From NCBI RefSeq assembly GCF_963676685.1, contig NC_092344.1:109430001-109494000 (forward strand): DNA of 64,000 nucleotides, in the 5' to 3' direction. The stretch is from Mytilus edulis (taxonomy: Eukaryota). Made by a program: the position numbers and the translations under genes. Of this stretch, positions 1 to 12,758 are shown piece by piece (positions within the stretch are counted from its first letter, which is position 1; each line of letters opens with the position of its first letter). The notes beneath the pieces are model-generated. The model saw only the letters and a list, made by a program, of their open reading frames with translations, ran no database searches and was not told the origin of the DNA.

Positions 1-621
1 AACAAATTACTGTTGATACGAGCCTGTCGCCTGAATCGATATGTTGACAATTTTCTAAGCAAACAGTAGTTGCTTTTGTGATAAAACAGATTTTCAACTT
101 GGTGTCTGGTGGGATTAACTAAATACCATGTTTATCAATGAGCATAAGGACTCGTTGTTTGCTGTTTCAACAATGGCAGAATCACATGACTTAATGTATT
201 ACCATGACTATGGAATCGTATAGGAAACTAGGATTTATGATATTATCTATGAGAGAAGGAACATATTATGACACGATTCGCCGTAAAAATGCTCTAGTTC
301 TGTTTGATGGATTAAAACGGTTCCTTAATAAGATTACTTTTTACTTGTGTAAACAATTGAGTGGTTCTGTAAACCGAGTAACGTCATCTTCATTTGACAT
401 CTTCTTTACAATATGTCATCTCGAAGTCAAAGAAAAAGACATTTTCTAAAGAATTGTCTGGAGTTTATTTACAGTGGATGATCATCGGCCAGATTTGATC
501 ATTGTATTGATTTTGACATAAACTTAACATTTCTTGAACAGGAAGAATTAAGTGTAGACTTTTGTGATCAAGGGAACTTGTAGAGGACATAATGATATAA
601 GTGGTCCAATTCCACAACTAA

Positions 622-659
622 ATGTTACATGTAGGAACATGTGTCGTTGCCACCGAGGG
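622..659 (+). CDS. Shab: Kv2/Shab candidate first coding exon (MLHVGTCVVATEG)
   Basis: ATG at 622, donor GG|GTAGGT at 660 (phase 2). This matches the phase-2 acceptor TTTTCCAG|C at 5318/5319 and gives an open frame into the T1 exon. No homology support seen. Confidence 0.55.
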
Positions 660-3600
660 GTAGGTCTATAATATTGTTTCATTAATGCAGCCCCAGATCT
701 TAAAATAGTAGAGGCTATTCCGATAATTGATATTACGGTCTATTGTCACTGAATGAAATAACTCAAAGAGACTACTTAATGAGAAGTAACTCACAGAACT
801 AACAAAAAGAGCATATGCTCTAAAGCTTTAGTTGGGCGAGCTACAATTACAGCAAACATATTACTACAGTACAATTCAATGGCATTAGAACGCTATCAAA
901 TTAAAATATTTTGATTTCTCAAGTTCTCTCACATGTTAGAGCTACAAATTAGTAGCCAACGGGAAGACCAGGTTGTGAATGACATGGAGCACATTTGTAT
1001 ATATACACCTTTAAAGGATAATCTTTTGTTCCATTTAATGTCGTTTTTTGTTTTAATATTTATTTTCGCTTTTAAATTTGACCATAGTATTGATCAGTTT
1101 TAAAAGCAGCGAAGCTATATATTTAATTTTTTAATGCTTCCCAAAAGTATCGAGTGGCCATTTCAATTGCTTCCGAAATGTATCAAGTGGCCATTTCCTT
1201 TAATTGGTGATCTACAGGAAGAAATTTTGCTAAAATTAATTAATATTTTCAATAGCCCGAATTATTGCAAATGACTTATTATGGAATAGCATAAAAAAAT
1301 TGTTTATTTAAAAAAAAAAAGCTTGAAGAATATACGTGAATCATTTAATTTCTATTATTGATTGAATTTTCTTTATACTTGTAATTTATAGAACATTGTA
1401 TTATGAATATGCATATATTAATATGATAAAATGAAATTAATCAGTTGTGGAAGAAATCCGACCAATCCTCGATCAATAGCTATTACTTAGACAAGCATTG
1501 GCGATGTTATCTCATTTCAAGGATTATATTCAATTATTTATAGAATTATTTTTGAAAAAGGCGAGTCGCATTGGTAAATATAAATACTGAAACCAAATAT
1601 CTAGTCAACGAAATGAATGAACGTCATATGAAAATTGCTTGATCCAATCTACAGCTAAAGACGTTAAACGGCTTAGGAAAGGAACGCTGCTTTATTTTCT
1701 CGGCAGAACACTTTTTAAAAAAAATTTGTAATTTTGTTTAATGAAAACTATTTTTTTGAAAACATAAGCCAACAATGTCAAAGAACATAGTGTAATTTTT
1801 CAATTTTCCATTTACTCAAATTTTGAAAAATATCATCTTGAAACTTATCTAATGAAACAAGATACTGTAAACAAAAATCACACTGTTGTTTTTCAGAAGA
1901 ATTGGCGGTATTTTTTCTTTGTTCTATATCTGCCAATAAGAATTGCGCGTATGAGGGAAAAGTTATAGCAGTTCCCTAATGATACACAAGTTCTTTAACG
2001 AAATGGATTTCATTTCGTTATAATTAGAATCTAGGCCCTATAGTAATATTTCTTGAAGTCAAATTTGACATTATTTTAAACAAATAGTCCCTGGAGAAAT
2101 CATCTTAGACATTGTTCATTGAGAATAGGAGCTACTAGAAAGTTCGACATACGATCTTTATGAATATTCACAACTGTCGTTTAGTATTCGTTTTGCCACT
2201 TTTTTCAATCCATCTTCCCATAGCGAGGAAGCTATTCGTTACAACCATTATCAACCAGTAGTGTAAAAAGTCGATAAATCCATTGACCTGTACTGTAATC
2301 TACGATTAAATTTTCTGATTTATGCCATCCTTATTTTGCAGAAATTAGCAAATACAAGTTAGCGGATACATTTCTATTTACAATAAATATCATATGAAAT
2401 TGATTTTCCTTTAAATAGTTTAATTCTCGGTTTTCCTTGTTGATACAATCGATAAATCGTGTGTATTACAATTATAAGTAATAACATCATCACACTGTGT
2501 CGATATTGAATTTCAGTTCGCGGAGTAACGGCTTTTACTGGACTCGGCAGGTATCTGAAATTAATTATTCCGGTATTATCCTTATTAGGCTCGCTTTGTT
2601 TAATTAAACTCTAACTAAATTACAACTAACAATGGAATAGAAGATCACATTCAGGTACTGAAAAGGAGTTCTTAATGAAATTATCTCTTTGCTTTATTTA
2701 GTATTTATACTAAGTTTATTACTTTACTATCTAAACCGTGCAGTCGCAGGTCATATAGTGCAGAATATTACAGGAAAACCGTTTGTGAAAAAAAATAGGT
2801 CAGTTTTTTTTTCACCCTTTGAATGATATAAAATAGTTTGTATTGCCCTTTAAAACTTTTTTGTTTGCAATATGATATTAAGGTTAAGGTTTCAGGTATT
2901 GTTTTATAACAAAATAAACACAATTAAACGGCATTGGTATTATGAATTGTACATTTAGGTATACGCTGCTTGAACAACGGTACATAATGTTTCAAAACGC
3001 TACGAAACCAAATATCTTTATTTGAGTGTATATTTATTGTTATTGTATTGGGGAAAAACTTGTGTATGATCCATTCGTCCTTTTGAGAAAAAAAAATATG
3101 GTAAAACTAAAATACGAATTCAATTCAAGACCAAATAGAAGTGAAAGACTTTCAGCGAGATAAAGAAACGTAGACGGTAAGCAGACGTTAATGGAACTTA
3201 TTTTAAAACATGGTGCCTTTGAAATAATTTAATTTTGGACGAAAACGTCTTCTGACTGAATTTTGTTTTGTCTATCAGCTCATAGTTTTCAACTTGTTTT
3301 AATGATTATCGCCTTTTAAATTAATCGTTTAATCGTATCCTTTACAATGAATGGGGGTTATGTTGCAACGTCATTAGATCAGGGGTTGAAGGCATAAAAC
3401 TTTGCTCAGTGCTCGGAGCACAAAAATCATGCTCGAAACATGAAATCCAGCAATTTGATTAGTTGATTTTCGAGTCTGAGTACCTAGCACGGGATTAACG
3501 TCCTTAGATCATGTTTAAACGTTTAATTGTCCCCCGGCTTACTATAAACGGGAATTATGTTGAAATGTTCTTCAAGTTAGATCAGAAGTAATAGTTTTTT

Positions 3601-4123
3601 TGCCTCCCTTGGTATGAACGGTGGTTATGTTGCCTAACGTTATCGATACATTGTATTTTGATTTTTCGAATTATTACCAGTTGAGTGTGTATTTGGTGTA
3701 AGATTACACCAACATGTGTCCGGAAATCGGTATGATACAGTATCAATTTACAGTAGTGTCATTTTACTCAATGATTGATTGTTGTTTACATTAAGCCAAG
3801 TTGTTCAATTTCGCTAACGGATTGATTGATTTTTGTTTGCATTATAACGACAAGTGGCTCAATTTCGTTGAAATGGTGTACAATGTTTTTGATTATTCTC
3901 ACAACCAGATGTAAGCAAAATGACTACTATACAGTTTTGCTGAGAAAGTGTACGTCAGAGCCAAAAATCTGACTCCTTAATATAAGTCATTTCATCCAGT
4001 CATAAACAATAATTAACAAATAAATTATCTCTAGTTTAAGAGGAAGCCACATCAGTTAATTACGACATATCGTCTTGGGGTTTCTCAAATGATAATGGCA
4101 AATTAAAGAAGTACATAACATTT

Positions 4124-4530
4124 TGTATATGTTCCAGACCATACGAGTATTTGAACCGTACGCGTACGGTCCGGACCGTATACGTATACTCGTACGGTCC
4201 GACCATACGCGTACTGTCGGACCGTATGAGTATACTCGTACGGTCCAGCTGACCATACATGTTTTGGTATCATATGGGTTAAATTAAAAAAAATAAACAA
4301 TAACCAAAAATTTGTAGCTTTAGTTCTCCAAGATGCTATTTTTACATCAGATGGGTAAGTGAATAAGCGTACAATTGAAATTAAATGTTTGTTTAATTCT
4401 ATATCTGAATCCCATTTTTGTACTCTCGCTCCAGTTGACGCTAACTACCACAAGGAATGTTATGTTTTTTTTATTAATTTACATTTACATGTTTGCGGTC
4501 CAAATACTCGTACGGTCTGGAACATATACA
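4124..4530. mobile_element. MITE with ~35-bp TIRs and an internal array of CpG-rich palindromes
   Basis: TGTATATGTTCCAGACCATACGAGTATTTGAACCG (4124-4158) is the inverted match of CGGTCCAAATACTCGTACGGTCTGGAACATATACA (4496-4530), 2 mismatches. Confidence 0.8.
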
Positions 4531-5318
4531 CACATATCATATACAATATTATATATATATATCTATTTATTGACGAAATTCACATATCAGTATGCATTTT
4601 TCTAGAAAGCATATTTCTTTACACGAGTTTTACAAATCTATATCTCATTTTGGTAAACTGTTTGAAATATTTGAGATTTAGTATACATATACATGTATTA
4701 TTGAAACGAAAATGTTTTGGCTTTGGAAAATGTTTTTCATCAGCTGTATGTGAATTATAATTCTGATTATTAAGCCTATAATACTAATGATTGTATTTTG
4801 CTACATATATTTGTAAATGGATCATTAAAGCAGTTTAAATATATTAATTACTTTCTTTTACAATAACTGAAAAAAACTGAACCAAATATGTACTGTACGT
4901 ACCAACTGCGTTTCTTACGGAACTGTAATTTATCTGCTTTGCGACTTCTTTAAATCCCTCCATTTTCTGTTGAAGGGAAATCAATGTTTGATTTTTATTA
5001 CTTACTATCAGTGGTTTGTTATGCGGTAATCTATTTAGTTTATCTGTATTAGTTAACATTGAACGGAGTGGCAAAATAATCCATTTACAAGCAGGTTCTG
5101 TATAGAACGTGCATTTAATTTGTGTTTTCAGTGGAATAAAGATGGAATATATGGTGTCCCAGTGTGCATTTTATGTTGTATCTGATTATGCGTGCAAGCG
5201 GTCAATAACATGGTGTATATTTGATTTCTTTGCATGCAATGTACATTATAGTTAATACTTGATTATTTCTGGGAATAACGATGTAAAAATAATTAACGAA
5301 GACGTGCTTATTTTCCAG

Positions 5319-6153
5319 CTCAGGACAAGGGCGTGAATCAGACGGAACAAGCAATCTATCATCAAGAAGCGCCTCGATACACTACGATTCTAAATGTAAA
5401 AGAGATTCTATTGCATTTGAGCCACAGGGTTGTTCTGTAAACACAAACAAATACCAAGCTCGACGGCAGCGTGATACATCAAAACCAGAAGTGAAAATAA
5501 TACCTAATCCAAATTCATTATCAACGTCTGCATTACCACCGAATAGCTCGATCACATCGATGCAGATTGCTGTGGATATGGGGGTGACAGGAGAAGCTGG
5601 TACGGGAGCATATTATCCGTATATAGAAAGCGGACCCCCGGACCCTAATGCTATAATAAGGAGTAAGGATATTTCTAAACGTGTTGTGTTAAATGTCGGT
5701 GGTGTTAAACATGAAGTGTTATGGAGAACATTGGATAGAATGCCTCATACACGACTTGGAAAATTGAAATTGTGTAATACACATGAAAGTTTGATGGAAA
5801 TCTGCGATGATTATTCAATAGTTCATAATGAATATTTCTTTGATCGACATCCAAGGTCGTTTGCTTCTATTTTAAATTTTTATAGAACAGGAAAATTACA
5901 TCTAGTGGAAGAAATGTGCGTATTGTCTTTCAGTGAGGATTTAGAATATTGGGGAATAGATGAACTGTACTTAGAGTCTTGTTGTCAACATAAATATTAT
6001 CAAAGGAAAGAACATGTTTACGAGGAAATTAGAAAGGAAGCTGAGAGTTTAAGACAAAGAGATGAGGAAGACTTTGGAAGTGGAAAGTGTTCTGCATGGA
6101 GGTCAAAAATATGGGATCTTTTGGAAAAGCCTACAACTTCTATGGCTGCACGT
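5319..6153 (+). CDS. Shab: Kv2/Shab exon: N-terminus and T1 tetramerisation domain
   Basis: Frame open from 5293. RVVLNVGG...[11 protein letters not shown]...[13 protein letters not shown]...WDLLEKP is Kv2-type T1. Donor CGT|GTAAGT at 6154 (phase 0). The ORF-track tail to 6333 is intron. Confidence 0.95.
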
Positions 6154-7379
6154 GTAAGTAAAACTTTGTTTTTTTCTTTCTTATTTTGCAGTTTTTATAT
6201 TCTAAATATCGTCTACACTTTTTTGTTTTCATTCCACAAACCACACATTTTCTGTAATTGCATTCATCATAGTTTTCATACTTGCACAACATGTTGTATG
6301 ATTTTACATCTGTCATCAGTCAACCATTCTTAAGTGGTGTATTATTTTGATTATACTGAATAAAAAAATCACAGCCAAGAAAAATAATTTCATAGCTGTA
6401 AATATGACTCAGCATCGTGGAGTATGTACAGCGTATCTCGTGTTTGGTAAATGGCTTCACACACTACATGACAGATGATGTAATACATAATAAATGACGT
6501 TTTTTATCTTACATTTTCTTGTTAATTACAAGTACAAATCATGATAATCTTGATATATACATCCATTATGTATAATATTCTGGCAACCAGTTTTTGAATT
6601 CAGGCATCTCTAGGGATGTCATGTCTGTGCGTTATAGAATAATAGCCCTCTTCCAAAGATGACTACCACTATCGTTATTATTCATTTATTGTCTTTAATT
6701 TATGCTGATCAAAGATAATTGTATTACGATAAGAAGCAGTACATCTGTTTTTACCATAGTCTGTCGTTATCTATATAACTGTAGATTTCTGCCAAGTTTT
6801 GGTGTGGGCGGCTGTGGCATACCTCTTTTTGTTTAATCATCAATGATGTTGTCAATATTGAAATATTCACACAAGAAATACACACAAAGTAGCATAATTT
6901 AAGGCTGAGATGATTAGCATGCCGGTTTAGTTCCTGTCAGTTCAATGCATTTGTGATGTGTTTGTAATTTGTTTTTATGTTCTCAGAGCAATCTTATTTT
7001 CGATGTTAATTATAATTTAACGTCCAGAAGGTAGATTGAAAAAGACCGGTCATATTTTGAATGATACTTTGTTGTGTCTTTGATACATTATATAAAATAA
7101 TAATTGAGAGTATTAGAATTCTTGTTTTCAAAATTTTCCCGTTTCGCACATCGAAATCACTTGGCATGGTTACGTCAAACAGATAGGCACGGTTGGTTAG
7201 GGTCAACAACACGTTGTCAACTTTGAACCTTACCATTATGCTCTTACATGCTCATATACACATGAAAAGTTGTTTTTGCTTTAAATCAAAATCTGTAGTT
7301 ATAAGAAACACTAGGCTTTACATAGAAAATTATTTCTAATACTTTTAAACGTCCATGTTGAAATGGCCACTGAATTGGT

Positions 7380-7540
7380 ATACATTTGGGTTTTCGGGGC
7401 CTTTTATAGATAACTAACCAGTATGGGCTTTGCTCATTGTTGAAGGCCGTACAGTGATCTATAGCTGTTAATTTATGTGTCATTTGGTCTCTTGTGGAGA
7501 GTTGTCTCATTTGCAATCATACCACATCTTCTTTTTATAT
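7380..7540 (-). repeat. Fragment of abundant interspersed repeat (AAGAAGATGTGGTATGATTGCCAATGAGACAACT family)
   Basis: Same motif recurs at about 9030, 9572, 11760, 17515, 28340, 33755, 40185, 42900, 44972 and 53197 in both orientations. Confidence 0.8.
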
Positions 7541-9029
7541 ATATATATATATACTATAATCTTGGAAATCCCATAAATTGACCAATTACCGATGTAGTCG
7601 CGGTTTGCAAAATATTCGAACGAATGTGTGTTGTCATCTTTGTCGGATAAAAATTGATTAATGTAGAATTATAACATTTTTTATATTATGTTTTCGGTTT
7701 TTCTCTCATTCACTATTTAATGTCCGACTATCAGAACCGTGTTGTGTGTCAATAAAACACAGACACAGGCAAGCAACACAGAGACTAACTGGATTGATGA
7801 TTACAGTACTTTATTTTGGCCAAATTGTTTCTAATTACCTCAATGTTCTTTGTTCACGGAGAAAAAATGTAATTTCATCCCATTATTTAATATGAAATGT
7901 TAATTATCGTAATTACATCAACTGTAGTATAGTTTTCAACACCATTGAAAATCATTAGCCGTGTGTTAGGTTTGTTACTTGCTCACAAACTAAAGTGTCA
8001 GTAATTTCTAAAAACTTTCAATCGTGACATTTACCAGTTATTTAAGTATCTGACACGCATGATCAACACGATTGGTCAGACCACTTGTGCTTCGAAGTTT
8101 AAACCTTGTTGGGTTTGTTTTGGTCAGTGCCTAATTTCAGCACAATGTTTTATCTTTTTGTCTTGATCAGCTATTATACTGTCTGTTATCTTTCGACCAA
8201 TGGATTGCGATTGTCCCTGTCTGTATCTTTTTCATTTTCCGTGTTCTTACCACACTAATTTATTATGGCGAAATAGTATCATTTAGCTGCGGTATATGCA
8301 CTGATATCAACAACAAAAATAGAAAATAACAGTTATATTCTAATGATAAATCACAAAAGATGTATTGTATTTCTAAGCTGTGTCAATCTAAATTTTTGTT
8401 AGTAATCAGGATGAAAACATATCTTAAAAAGAAAATACTGAAGATATCTATTGTGAAATACTCATTTGCCATTTGTGATGAATATCATAATCTCAGTTGT
8501 AAGTTAGGTATTCTCGTGTAATCAAGAACCCGCAGATGTGTCGGTGGTAATTAAGTTTGGCATAATAATGTACAGATAAATAAACAAACACAATCACTGA
8601 TTAAAAGAACGCAGATAGTCTTACACCAACGGAAGGTTAATAGCAACCACGGCACGTGCAATATTGATAAGCATAATAATTAATACAGTGTTGCTAAGAA
8701 ATATAATCGAATTCGAACTGATCAATTTTATTTAGATATCAAGAACAGATTATGATGATTTCAACAATGAAAACAGATCAAATGTCGTCGTTTAAAAATA
8801 CAGTTATTCAGCTCTGCCTATAGATCCTTCAGTCGAAACCTTTTAACATTAAACTATAATAAAATATTAAAAATCGATTAGCGATGTCCTGGTCCAAAAC
8901 TATTTCCTAATTGTTCTCATCAAAAACATGAAAATAGCTTCATAGTCATGGTAAAAGATTAGTTTTTTTTTTCAAAAGTGTAGGTTGACATACTCGGCGT
9001 AATAAGGGTGCTGACATTTGTATAACCTT

Positions 9030-9312
9030 TGCCTGTCCCAAGTCAGGAGCCTATATTTCTGTGGTCGTCGTTTGTTGTTGTCTTACATGTATTTGTTTTT
9101 CGTTAATTTTTTTGTACATTAATTAGACCCTTAGTTTTCTCCTTTGAATTGTTTTACATTTGTGATTTCGGAGCCTTTTATAGCTGACTATGTGGTATGG
9201 GCTTTGCTCATTGTTGAAGGCCGTACAATGACCCATATCTGTTAATGCCGTCTGTGTCATTTGGTCTGTTGTAACGCATTGTCTCATTGGCAATCATACC
9301 ACAACTTCTTTT
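9030..9312 (-). repeat. Interspersed repeat copy, left arm of an inverted pair
   Basis: TGCCTGTCCCAAGTCAGGAGCC...TGTCTCATTGGCAATCATACCACA is the reverse complement of the copy at 9572-9925. Confidence 0.85.
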
Positions 9313-9571
9313 GTATATTTTCTGCCGCTTTTGCACCACGTTCTATCGCTAATGTAAATATTTGCCGTTACTTCACCAATTTTACAACTGTTTTGGGTAC
9401 TATCTACAGAAGAATTTAATACAGATTTTTTTAATAAATGTTATTTTTTTAAACAACATTACTGTATATGTATATATATAATATGCAAGTTCCATTCATT
9501 TATATACATAATATGTAAGTTCCATACATTTTTTGCTATATACAGTTCATTTCTATCATATATATGAAACT

Positions 9572-9925
9572 AAGAAGATGTGGTATGTTTGCCAATAAGA
9601 CAACTCTCCACCAGGGACAAAATGGCATAGAAAGTAACAAACATAGGTTACCTAACGGTCTTTAGTAGTGAGCAAAACCCATACCGCATAGTAAGCTAAA
9701 TAAGGTCCCGTAACGACAAATGAAAACAACTCGAAAGAGAAAACTTACGGTCTGATTTATATTAAAATCAATAAACGAAAAAACGAATATGATCTACAGC
9801 AAGAAACGACAAACACTGAAATACAGGCTCCCGTCTTGGTACAGGCTCAGACACAATGTGGCGGACTTATGCATGTTTATTGGCTCCAAAACCTCCCCTA
9901 AACTGGAACAGTGGTGCAACAGAAC
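9572..9925 (+). repeat. Interspersed repeat copy, right arm of an inverted pair
   Basis: AAGAAGATGTGGTATGTTTGCCAATAAGACAACTCTCCACC...ACAGGCTCCCGTCTTGGTACAGGC; also matches 40185-40440. Confidence 0.85.
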
Positions 9926-10049
9926 GATATATTAAAATACGCTAAGAATGGCATATAGCTTTTCGGGTTGAAACAAAGCACATCAAGACCCGAACAAAAG
10001 TACAAAAGATTCAATGTACAGATTTGAGAGACATTGCAGTTATAGATAC

Positions 10050-11000
10050 TGTAAAAAGTAAAATCACACAAAAATACTGAACTCTAAGGTAAATTCAAAA
10101 CGGAAAGTCCCTAATCAAATAGCAAAATCAAAAGCTCAAACAAATCAAACAAAATTACAACAACTGTTATATTCCTGACTTGGTACAGGCATTTTTTTCT
10201 GTAGAAAACGGTGGATTAAATCTGGTTTTATAGTTAGCTAAACCTCTCACTTGTATGACAGTCATATAAAATTCCATTATATTGATAACGATGTGTGAAC
10301 AAGACAAACAGACACCATTAGGTAAAAATAGGGGTACAGCAGTCAACGTTGTGTTATCATCTAAATCACTATAAAACAATATATATAAACAAACATTTAC
10401 AAAGACACAATAACACAATGACGGGATGTATGAGTACAGAGCTACATCACATGCAATAAAGAAACACAAAAAGGCACAAAGACAAAGCACATTAGCAAAA
10501 ATGAAAGACAAGATAACAAAAATTATCATAGAACAATAACACAATGACGGGATGTATAAATACAGATCCACGTCAAATGGATACCACCAAAAGAACAGAC
10601 CAAACAGTTAAAGTAATATTCTTTTTAGAGAAACAAAAGAATACTATAAGTATAACACGTTATAAGCTGCCAAATAACGTTAGCACCCAGAATCTACACC
10701 CCAAGACTATCGTGTATTATCTGTGAAGTTAATACGAATACTTATCAACAAGATCTTGGACTTTCCGATGAACTTTTTTAGAAAAAGGACGAGACGTTTT
10801 TTGACATCAACTTTCTGCTCAGACACTGGTGACGTTTTACAAAGTCTGAGTAATTGCTGCATGCGCTTGGATACCGAACAAGTTGGGAAATGTATATTCC
10901 GTGTGCAGGTGAAGTTGGTATATTGTTACTAAGGAAATTGATAATTTCAAAATTAAAATCGTCTCGTTTGTCATAGATTTTGGTATTGAGATGACCGTTT
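10050..11000 (-). mobile_element. 5'-truncated Penelope-like retroelement (RT C-terminal/thumb remnant plus 3' tail)
   Basis: Minus strand about 10999-10735 translates NGHLNTKIYDKRDDFNFEIINFLSNNIPTSPAHGIYISQLVRYPSACSNYSDFVKRH, a motif typical of PLE RTs, with indels. The 3' tail recurs at 56228, 60035 and 60820. Confidence 0.8.
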
Positions 11001-12353
11001 TTTTGCTTCGAAACAGAATAGACATTATTTTTTTGAAGTAATCGCGAGCCTCATCCATGCTTCTCAAATTACAACAAAATTACAATGATCTCTGCAGAGG
11101 ATGGGCAGATGGTTTTGGCTATACTTATAGTTTACAGAAGAGATTCAAAATTAAGTCCGTATTGAAACAATGTATATTGATATACCGAATACATGGAATA
11201 GCCAAATATGTTTAATTTTGTTTTTCTTTGAAATCAATCAACTCAAATTACAAAATTACTGAAACTGTATATAGCTAGCTTTAAAATCAAATAATGTGTC
11301 TCAAAAATAGAACAAACATCTCTGTATTTTGGTAATCTTGACTCGAGGTTGAGTTGGTTTCATTGAAAACAAGTGGTGGTGATGAATCCATTAAGTGACT
11401 TTTTGTCTATACAAGCTCTGCGAAATTACTCAACTGGGAATCTGATCTGGTTTGGCCATGTGGTCAGTTCATTTACAAGTCGTCAATAATATTAAATTTA
11501 TTCTGTTTATATTGGTTAATCCATTATACATAATCCATATCTTACGTCGATGGAATGACAATGGACTGAATTTATTACTGGTAATTAACCAGTTTTCGTC
11601 ATATTTGTACATAATAAATGATATTGTTCTAGGGAAAATTAATATTATTATAAATAAAAATTTATATTAATTAGCCGTTAACAGTATATAAATACTATAA
11701 GGATTGGTGTGAAATCTATAGCATGACGATCAACATTTACTCTAGAATATTTAAATAAACTTTTTGGGGCCCTTTATAGCTTGTTGTTCGGTGTGAGCCA
11801 AGGCTCCGTGTTGAAGACCGTACTTTGACCTATAATGTTTTACTTTTATAAATGGTGACTTGGATTGAGAGTTGTCTAATTGGCACTGATACCATATCTT
11901 CTTATATCTGTTTAAACAATTAAACATAAACATGCGATATATAAAACTTCTCAGTGAATTGCTATTTTCGTGGTTTAAAGTTGAGACTTAGAATGAACTA
12001 CTTACACTGATGCACAAGATACATATTTTGTTTTAAATTGTCTAAAATAAACAACATACAAACAACAAAACATGTTAAAGAAATAAGTAAAAAGATATTC
12101 GGAAAAAATGTATCCACTGTATAAATAAAGGCAACAGAAACTATACCGGTGTTCAAAAGTAACCTTAATTTGTTATCGCCGTCCGTATTTCGCGTCGAAT
12201 AATAAGCCAGAATCCAACGCTTACCACCTGGACGGCCATTGTATGACAGTCTCTGAAGGATTGCACTTTATTTCAATAACCATACTCCAAAATGAATATC
12301 TCTGGTTTAGCTAGTTGTTAACAAATCATAACGTTTAAACGAAAATTACCTAT

Positions 12354-12758
12354 TGAGGCTACTACTATGCTACTTTTTCTCATACTAGGCCCAATGGGGC
12401 TACAAGTATATCACATTATCATACTAGGCCCATTGAAGATACTAGTATATTACTTTTCTCATACTAGGCTCAGTGAGGCTACCAGTATATCACCTTATCA
12501 TACTAGGCCCAGTGAAGCTACAAGTATATTACCTTTCTAATACTAGGCCCAGTGAAGTTACAAGTATATTACCTTCCTCATACTAGGCCCAGTGACGCTA
12601 CTATTATGTTACCTTTCTCATAATAGACCCAGTGAGGCTACTAGTATGTTACCTTTGTCATACTAGGCCCAGTGAGGCTACTATTATACTATCTTTCCCA
12701 TACTAGGCCAAACGAGGCTACTAGTATATTACATTTCTCATACTAGGCCCAGTGAGGC
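12354..12758. repeat. Minisatellite, about 10.5 copies of a 39-40 bp unit
   Basis: Unit CATACTAGGCCCAGTGAGGCTACTAGTATATTACCTTTCT, starts at about 12381, 12420, 12460, 12499, 12539, 12579, 12619, 12659, 12699 and 12739. Confidence 0.95.

Noticed and set aside
204-449. 81-aa ORF upstream of the channel
   Set aside because: No recognisable domain and no splice link to the T1 exon. At most a uORF.
4056-4300. Three overlapping minus-strand ORFs
   Set aside because: Artefact of the palindromic repeat array lacking stop codons.
6154-6333. Hydrophobic ORF-track extension of the T1 exon (and similar run-ons at 23336-23350 and 32103-32167)
   Set aside because: Intron read-through past canonical GT donors.
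12354-12758. Regularly spaced repeats resembling a CRISPR array
   Set aside because: The intervening parts are similar to each other rather than unique spacers, the locus is a eukaryotic intron, and there are no cas genes.
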